Shown piece by piece: positions 55,411-61,250 of a DNA stretch of 61,250 bases. The stretch spans positions 1-61,250 of the forward strand of contig JAFTZC010000061.1 of NCBI GenBank assembly GCA_017461065.1. The letters run 5' to 3'. Positions within the stretch are counted from its first letter, which is position 1, and each line of letters starts with the position of its first letter. Under the pieces are notes generated by a model. The model worked only from the letters and a program-made list of their open reading frames with translations. It made no database searches and was not told the DNA's origin. This DNA is from Clostridia bacterium (GTDB taxonomy: Bacteria; Bacillota; Clostridia; Christensenellales; DTU072). The position numbers and the translations under genes are program-made.

Positions 55411-56364
55411 ATGTTGGAAATTTTCAAGCCCAGAATCACTGTTGAAGAAAATGCAAACGGTGCAGAAGCTACCTTTGTTGTCGAACCTCTTGAAAGAGGC
55501 TTTGGCACTACCGTTGGTAACTGCTTGCGCAGAGTTCTTTGCATGGCTCTTCCCGGTGCTGCTATCAAAGGCATAAAGATCGAAGGCGTTCGTCACGAGT
55601 TCAGCACCATCCCCGGTGTTCGTGAAGACGTTGCAGACATTATCCTTAACCTTAAAGAGCTTGCTATCAAGGTTCTCGATCCCGAAAACTTTGAAGATTC
55701 CGTCGTAACACTCGTTCGCAATACTGCCGGCGTTGTTAGCGCAGGTGACATCGATTTCCCCACCGGAATCGAAGTTATGAATCCCGAAGCATATATTTGC
55801 TCAATCGAAGAGGGCGCTACCCTCAATATGGAACTAACCATTGGCTGTGGTAGAGGTTACGTTTCTGCAAAGAACAATAAGAACCCCAAGGCTCCCATCG
55901 GTTATATTCCAATCGATTCACTCTATTCACCTGTTGTAGCAGCAAGCTACTCAGTTGAAAGCACCCGCGTAGAGCAATCCATCGACTACGACAAACTCAG
56001 ACTAAACGTTAAAACCAATGCAGCTGCTACCCCAAGAGAGGTAGTATCCCTTGCATCAAAGGTAATGGGCGACCACCTAAAGCTCTTCATCGACCTTATG
56101 GAAGGTATGGACGGCAACGAAATCCTCGTAAGCCGTGACGACGACAAGCAATCAAAGGCTCTCTACATGAGCATCGAAGAACTCGAACTCAGCGTAAGAC
56201 CTCTCAACTGCTTGAAGCGCGCAGGTATCTTCACCGTTGAAGATTTGATTAAGAAGAGCGAAGACGACATGCTCAAGGTACGTAACCTTGGTAGAAAGTC
56301 TCTTGACGAAGTTATCAAGAAGCTCGAAAGCATGGGTCTTGCCCTCGCTAGCAAGGAAGATTAA
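55411..56364 (+). CDS. rpoA: DNA-directed RNA polymerase subunit alpha
   Basis: 317 aa; N-terminal-domain and C-terminal-domain (ELELSVRPLNCLKRAGI) signatures. Confidence 0.96.
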   Translation: MLEIFKPRITVEENANGAEATFVVEPLERGFGTTVGNCLRRVLCMALPGAAIKGIKIEGVRHEFSTIPGVREDVADIILNLKELAIKVLDPENFEDSVVTLVRNTAGVVSAGDIDFPTGIEVMNPEAYICSIEEGATLNMELTIGCGRGYVSAKNNKNPKAPIGYIPIDSLYSPVVAASYSVESTRVEQSIDYDKLRLNVKTNAAATPREVVSLASKVMGDHLKLFIDLMEGMDGNEILVSRDDDKQSKALYMSIEELELSVRPLNCLKRAGIFTVEDLIKKSEDDMLKVRNLGRKSLDEVIKKLESMGLALASKED

Positions 56365-56376
56365 AGGAGTAAAACT

Positions 56377-56889
56377 ATGGCAATTAATAGAAAATTAGGA
56401 AAAAGAACTGATATTAGAGTACAAATGGTATATAGCCAAGCTTCCGAACTTCTCTGGCACGGCAAGATCGAAACCACCGTTGACAGAGCTAAGGAAGTTA
56501 GAAAGGTAGCTGAAAAGATGCTTACCCTCGCTATCAACACCTATGAAGACACCGTTACCGTAACCAAGCAAAAGCTCAACCAAAAGGACGAGAAGTTTGA
56601 CGTTGAATTCGTTAACGACGGTCCAAAGAAGCTCGCTGCAAGAAGAAAGCTTATGGCATCTCTCGTAGATCTTCAAGAAGTTCAAGCTGACAAAGAAAAG
56701 AAGGCTGACTTCAAAAAGCGTACTGCAGACGTTAAGCACCCCTTGGTAGAAAAGATGTTCCGCGAATATGCACCTAAGTATGCAAAGCGCGCTGAAGAAC
56801 TTGGCCAAAAGGGCGGCTACACCCGCATCATTAAGCTTGGCGCACGTCGTGGAGACGACGCAGAAATGTGCATCCTCGAACTAGTATAA
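56377..56889 (+). CDS. rplQ: 50S ribosomal protein L17 (long form with ~50-aa internal insertion)
   Basis: 170 aa; conserved ends (RKLGKRTD..., GGYTRIIKLGARRGDDAEMCILELV). Confidence 0.93.
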   Translation: MAINRKLGKRTDIRVQMVYSQASELLWHGKIETTVDRAKEVRKVAEKMLTLAINTYEDTVTVTKQKLNQKDEKFDVEFVNDGPKKLAARRKLMASLVDLQEVQADKEKKADFKKRTADVKHPLVEKMFREYAPKYAKRAEELGQKGGYTRIIKLGARRGDDAEMCILELV

Positions 56890-56924
56890 TCGCGTTTCTT
56901 TAGCGACCTACTTCACAAAACTAA

Positions 56925-56975
56925 TAATCCCCCTTCGGGTCATGTACGCTAAGTACACTCGCCCTTGGGGGATTT
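56925..56975 (+). repeat. 51-bp hairpin repeat copy 1 (also the rplQ terminator)
   Basis: taatcccccttcgggtcatgtacgctaagtacactcgcccttgggggattt; identical to 59291-59341; stem aatccccc/gggggatt plus T-run. Confidence 0.9.
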
Positions 56976-57045
56976 TGTTTTGCTTGTATCTCATCTAAAT
57001 AAACGCGATTATATAAATCCGCAACTTTTAGCCTTAGCTAAAAAT

Positions 57046-57113
57046 TTCACTTGAGCTAAGCTCAAACTTCACTACGCAGTAACTTCACTTTTTCGCAAGT
57101 AAAAAACTTCACT
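57046..57113 (+). repeat. four copies of (A)ACTTCACT / ATTTCACT upstream of the coaX promoter
   Basis: TTCACT at 57046, 57068, 57084 and 57108, with 22, 16 and 24-bp spacing. Confidence 0.6.
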
Positions 57114-57158
57114 TGCAAATGACAATTTCGCATTAGCTATGCTTTTGTCTACAAAACA

Positions 57159-57187
57159 TTGACTAAAACCTACTTATATGGTAAAAT
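57159..57187 (+). promoter_or_regulatory. sigma-70-like promoter TTGACT-17-TAAAAT (TGn extended -10) for coaX-hom
   Basis: Read directly. Confidence 0.6.
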
Positions 57188-57211
57188 CTTTCTAATATAA
57201 AGGAGAGAGCT

Positions 57212-57985
57212 ATGGTACTTCTACTTGATATAGGCAATACCAATATTAAAATCGGGGCTGTTATCGGCGACAAAATCGTCCGTACTTGGCGTATAGCTAC
57301 CGATCATAAAAAGACTGCCGACGAGTACGGTATGGTCTTTATGGACCTTTTAAGCTCGCAAGGCTTCTCTTTTGACGAGGTTGAAGGCATAATCATCAGC
57401 TCGGTTGCTCCTGCGCTCAATTATACAATTGAGCATATGTGCTCGTATTATACCCATATCAAGCCCATTATGGTTTCAAACAAAATCAAGCTCGGTATGG
57501 ATATCAAATACCTTAACCCTGCAGAGCTCGGCGCAGACCGTATTATCAACGCCGTAGGTGCATATCACTACTACGGTGGACCTGCAATCACCGTTGACTT
57601 CGGCTCGGCTACCACATTTGGTATGATTGACGGAGAGGGCAATTTCCTTGGTGGCGCCATAGCTCCCGGTATCAAGTCGAGTGCGGAAGCTCTAACCAAT
57701 ACGGCGGCAAAACTCCCCAGAATCGAGCTTATTCGCCCCGAAACCATCATTGGTAGATCAACCGTACAAAATATGCAAGCAGGCATAATTTACGGCTTTA
57801 CAGGGCTCGTAGAGGGCATTATCGCTAAGATGAAAGAAGAAAGCGGATTTGAAAACGCAAAAGTTATCGCAACGGGTGGTATGAGCGAGCTCGTAACCAG
57901 CGGTGGCACCAAGGTTATTGATACCATCGACCGTGCACTTTCACTAAAAGGACTACTTAAACTTTATCAGCTAAACAGCAAATAG
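57212..57985 (+). CDS. coaX: type III pantothenate kinase
   Basis: 257 aa; LLLDIGNTNIK N-terminus, GADR motif. Confidence 0.93.
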   Translation: MVLLLDIGNTNIKIGAVIGDKIVRTWRIATDHKKTADEYGMVFMDLLSSQGFSFDEVEGIIISSVAPALNYTIEHMCSYYTHIKPIMVSNKIKLGMDIKYLNPAELGADRIINAVGAYHYYGGPAITVDFGSATTFGMIDGEGNFLGGAIAPGIKSSAEALTNTAAKLPRIELIRPETIIGRSTVQNMQAGIIYGFTGLVEGIIAKMKEESGFENAKVIATGGMSELVTSGGTKVIDTIDRALSLKGLLKLYQLNSK

Positions 57986-57994
57986 GAGATATAT

Positions 57995-59257
57995 ATGAAT
58001 AAAATTGGCGTAGCATTGCTTGGACTCGGCACCGTTGGTGGTGGCACCTATCGTATTCTTAAAGAAATGAAAGAAGACATCAAGCGTACCGATGGCGTTG
58101 AAATCGAAGTTATGCACATTTTGGAGCGCGATATCGAAAAGGCTAAGGCTCTCGGTATCGATCCCGCTATCGTATCAACCGATATTAATAACGTTATCAA
58201 CAACCCCGAAATCAAGATAGTTGCCGAATTCTTCGGCGGTATCGAGCCCGCTCGTAGCTTCCTTATTGCTTCACTCAAGGCAGGCAAGAGTATCGTTACT
58301 GCTAACAAGGAAATGTTCTCAAAGTGTCGTGACGACCTTGAAGCAGCTGCAAAAGAGGGCAATGCAGGTCTATATTTTGAAGCAAGCTGCGTAGGTGGCG
58401 TACCAATTATCCGTACTCTACAAGCAGGTATGCAAGGCAACCGTATCCAATCGATTATGGGTATCGTAAACGGCACCACCAACTATATTCTCACCAAAAT
58501 GAGTGACGAAGGTCTCGATTACGCCGACGTTCTAAAGGAAGCTCAACGCCTTGGCTACGCAGAAGCTAACCCATCAGCAGACGTTGACGGCTTTGATAGT
58601 ATGTATAAGCTAAGCATCCTATCTTCACTCTGCTTCCACAAGAAGGTTCCACTTGATAAGATTTACCGCGAAGGTATCAGCAAGATTTCAAAAATCGATA
58701 TCGATGCAGGCAAGAGCTTTGGTTATACCCTAAAACTCCTTGCAATCGGCAAGAGCAAGGACGGCAAAATCGAAGCACGCGTTCACCCCACCTTTATCAA
58801 GAACGACAATCCCATTGCAGCTGTAAAGGGTTCTTTCAACGCAGTACTCCTTAACGGCGACAACGTAGGTGACATTATGCTTTACGGCAGAGGCGCAGGC
58901 GACCTACCTACCGGCAGTGCAATCGTAAGTGATATCGTATACGCAGCAGTTCAACGCGAGCACAAGCTCAGCTACGTAGCTGACAGCACCGAAGCTGACT
59001 TCAACACCGACTTCGAAAGCGAATACTACGTTAGAATGAGCGTAAAGGACGTAGCAGGCGTTCTCGCAAAGATTACCAACGCATTCGGCAAATACGGCGT
59101 ATCAATCAATTCCGTTAAGCAAAACGCAGCTGACGGCGTTGCAAGCGTAACCTTTATGATTCACAACACCAAGGAAAGCGCAATCAACAAGGCTATTGCG
59201 GAAATCAAGTCACTTGATTCGGTTGATTCTGTTGATGCCCTTATAAGAGTATTGTAG
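57995..59257 (+). CDS. hom: homoserine dehydrogenase with C-terminal ACT domain
   Basis: 420 aa; GLGTVGGG NAD motif, catalytic-domain and ACT-like C-terminus. Confidence 0.93.
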   Translation: MNKIGVALLGLGTVGGGTYRILKEMKEDIKRTDGVEIEVMHILERDIEKAKALGIDPAIVSTDINNVINNPEIKIVAEFFGGIEPARSFLIASLKAGKSIVTANKEMFSKCRDDLEAAAKEGNAGLYFEASCVGGVPIIRTLQAGMQGNRIQSIMGIVNGTTNYILTKMSDEGLDYADVLKEAQRLGYAEANPSADVDGFDSMYKLSILSSLCFHKKVPLDKIYREGISKISKIDIDAGKSFGYTLKLLAIGKSKDGKIEARVHPTFIKNDNPIAAVKGSFNAVLLNGDNVGDIMLYGRGAGDLPTGSAIVSDIVYAAVQREHKLSYVADSTEADFNTDFESEYYVRMSVKDVAGVLAKITNAFGKYGVSINSVKQNAADGVASVTFMIHNTKESAINKAIAEIKSLDSVDSVDALIRVL

Positions 59258-59290
59258 ACCGCGCCTTTTGGCGAATAGTATAACAAAAGC

Positions 59291-59341
59291 TAATCCCCCT
59301 TCGGGTCATGTACGCTAAGTACACTCGCCCTTGGGGGATTT
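59291..59341 (+). repeat. 51-bp hairpin repeat copy 2 (also the hom terminator)
   Basis: Exact copy of 56925-56975. Confidence 0.9.
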
Positions 59342-59487
59342 ATTTTTGTGTCACTCTTCATCCAAAAATCGTGGTCTAATTCTCATTATGTTTCATTAAA
59401 TATCGATATAAAAACGCGAGAAATCGGATGATAGAGACCTATAATGTCTTAAAACGCGTTAGTTTGGATGAAAGGCGACGGAAAAGA

Positions 59488-59546
59488 TAAAAGCCCTCGG
59501 GGTTGCTGTACTGACGTACTGCGCCCCGATGGGCTTTTGTGTTTTT
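59488..59546. terminator. long hairpin terminator downstream of the acyl-CoA synthetase gene
   Basis: aaaagccctcgggg...ccccgatgggctttt with flanking A/T runs. Confidence 0.6.
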
Positions 59547-59573
59547 CTATGGATTTCGCCAAAATAACGCGTT

Positions 59574-61223
59574 TTATTTTTTACGTATGTCTTTGCGCAT
59601 TATTTTACCCGAAATCGTCTTAGGTAGTTCGCTTACGTACTCGACGATTCTTGGATATTTATATGGTGCCGTTGCCTTTTTAACGTGGTTTTGGATGTCC
59701 TTGGTTAGCTCGTCGCTTGGCTCGTATCCTTTGTTAAGAATGATGGTCGCTTTTACGACTTGACCACGGATTGGGTCGGGGGCGCCTGTGATTGCACATT
59801 CGAGTACGGCAGGGTGCTCCATAAGGGCGCTTTCTACTTCAAAGGGTCCGATACGATAGCCGCTTGACTTGATTATATCATCCTTACGTCCAACAAACCA
59901 GTAGGTGCCCGTTTCGTCACGCATTGCAAGGTCGCCGGTATGATAGTATCCCGTGCCAAAGGCTGCTTCGGTGCGCTCAGCGTCGTTATAATATCCGCAC
60001 AATAGACCAAATTGGTTGTCGCGGAGTTTGATTACCATTTCGCCTTCTACGTTGTCACCTTCAACTACTTGGTCGCAGTCGTCCATTAGCTTTAGGTCAT
60101 AAATAGGGGTAGCTTTGCCGCAAGAGCCGGGTTTGCCGTTGTCGTAACGGAAGTTTGCACATATAACGGCGCTTTCAGTTTGACCAAAGCCTTCTCTAAT
60201 TTCAATTCCGGTATGCTCCTTGAATAGGCGGAATACTTCTGCGTTAAGTGCTTCGCCGGCAGTCGTACAGCTTACGAGTGAACTGAAATCGTAGTTATCA
60301 AGGTTTTCCCTTATAAGGAAGCGATAAATGGTAGGAGGTGCACAGAAGGTGGTTATCTTGTACTTTGCAATGAGTGGAAGTACGTCGGTAGGGGTAAATC
60401 TGCCGTAGTAGTCGTAGCAGAATACGGCGCTTCCTGCGAGCCATTGTCCGTAAATCTTGCCCCAGCTAAACTTTGCCCAGCCCGTTTCGGCCATAGTGAA
60501 GTGTAGACCGTCGTCCACTACTGCGTGCCAGTAGTATGCCGTCATAATATGTCCAAGTGGATACTTGAAGTTATGCGTAACCATCTTGGGATATCCCGTA
60601 GTGCCGGACGTAAAATATACGAGCATACTGTCAGTTAGCTTGGGCTTTTCGTCTTCGGTTAGCTCCAAAACGTCGCTCGCAAGCTCCATTTCCTTGTGCA
60701 TATCTATGAAACCTTGTTGCTCACCGATGGTGAATGCACATTTTAGGCTTTCGCACTTGGGCATAGCTTCGTTTACGTAGTCGATAACTTCCTTTTCGTT
60801 GATGCAGAATAGGGCTTTTACGCCTGCGTTATTGATACGATATGCGATATCTTTTACGGTCAAAAGATAGGTTGCAGGGATAAGTATAGCACCGATTTTA
60901 CAGCAAGCAACGTTGACGAGATAGTATTCGTAGCGACGATTTAGCATCGTCATAACGAAGTCACCCTTCTTGACACCGTGCTTGAGTAGCATATTGGCTA
61001 CTTTGTTGGAAAGTTTGCTTATATCGGAGAAAGTGAAGGTACGTTCTTCACCCTTGTTGTTGCACCATACGAGTGCGCGCTTGTTAGGTACAAGGCGAGC
61101 ATACTCATCGACGACGTCGTAACCAAAATTGAATTTTTCTACGGGTTTATATTTGAGATTATTGCTAAAATCATCGTAATCCTTAAAATCTACTCTTTCA
61201 AGATATCTATCAATAAGGTGCAT
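59574..61223 (-). CDS. AMP-forming acyl-CoA synthetase/ligase (ANL superfamily)
   Basis: 549 aa; AMP-binding motif YFTSGTTGYPK, TGD and SGKIMRK C-terminal motifs. Confidence 0.9.
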   Translation of the reverse strand: MHLIDRYLERVDFKDYDDFSNNLKYKPVEKFNFGYDVVDEYARLVPNKRALVWCNNKGEERTFTFSDISKLSNKVANMLLKHGVKKGDFVMTMLNRRYEYYLVNVACCKIGAILIPATYLLTVKDIAYRINNAGVKALFCINEKEVIDYVNEAMPKCESLKCAFTIGEQQGFIDMHKEMELASDVLELTEDEKPKLTDSMLVYFTSGTTGYPKMVTHNFKYPLGHIMTAYYWHAVVDDGLHFTMAETGWAKFSWGKIYGQWLAGSAVFCYDYYGRFTPTDVLPLIAKYKITTFCAPPTIYRFLIRENLDNYDFSSLVSCTTAGEALNAEVFRLFKEHTGIEIREGFGQTESAVICANFRYDNGKPGSCGKATPIYDLKLMDDCDQVVEGDNVEGEMVIKLRDNQFGLLCGYYNDAERTEAAFGTGYYHTGDLAMRDETGTYWFVGRKDDIIKSSGYRIGPFEVESALMEHPAVLECAITGAPDPIRGQVVKATIILNKGYEPSDELTKDIQNHVKKATAPYKYPRIVEYVSELPKTISGKIMRKDIRKK

Positions 61224-61250
61224 AAACGATTCTCCTTCTATAATTTTGCG

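Noticed and set aside
1-61250. CRISPR arrays, cas genes, transposases, integrases, prophage genes, rRNA
   Set aside because: No regularly spaced direct repeats and no such protein signatures were seen in any frame of the ORF track.

Overview
This 61.25-kb window comes from a moderate-GC chromosome that looks Bacillota/Clostridia-like. The evidence is strong GGAGG Shine-Dalgarno (SD) sites, a metG-tatD...rsmA neighbourhood, and a KOW-domain gene between map and infA. Most of it is housekeeping: gap, leuS, tyrS, metG, ilvE, recX and rsmA. It also holds a complete S10-spc-alpha ribosomal supercluster (rpsJ to rplQ, 41.1-56.9 kb). That cluster includes a 38-aa rpmJ at 53587-53703 that the ORF track misses. 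coaX, hom and an acyl-CoA synthetase follow.

Accessory content:
- A membrane-anchored helical protein with a MacB/FtsX-type ABC transporter (3.7-8.5 kb).
- A solitary MazF toxin (12.2 kb).
- A metG-tatD-radical SAM operon.
- Two tandem modules, each a small XRE repressor divergent from a zinc-ribbon plus DUF6273-like surface protein (19.7-24.1 kb). In each module a 15-bp palindrome fills the spacer of the target promoter.
- An M23 peptidase and a fused MacB-like ABC protein (24.2-27.5 kb).
- tRNA-Gln(CUG) next to an unannotated, highly structured intergenic element (28.57-28.77 kb).
- A Crp/hydrolase/YfcC/aminotransferase operon (34.1-38.4 kb).

I saw no CRISPR array, transposase, integrase, rRNA or T-box leader. 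The two most interesting candidates are the duplicated XRE/DUF6273 modules and the structured RNA-like element beside tRNA-Gln. Both are hypotheses built from sequence reading only. All family names come from reading the translations, not from database searches.
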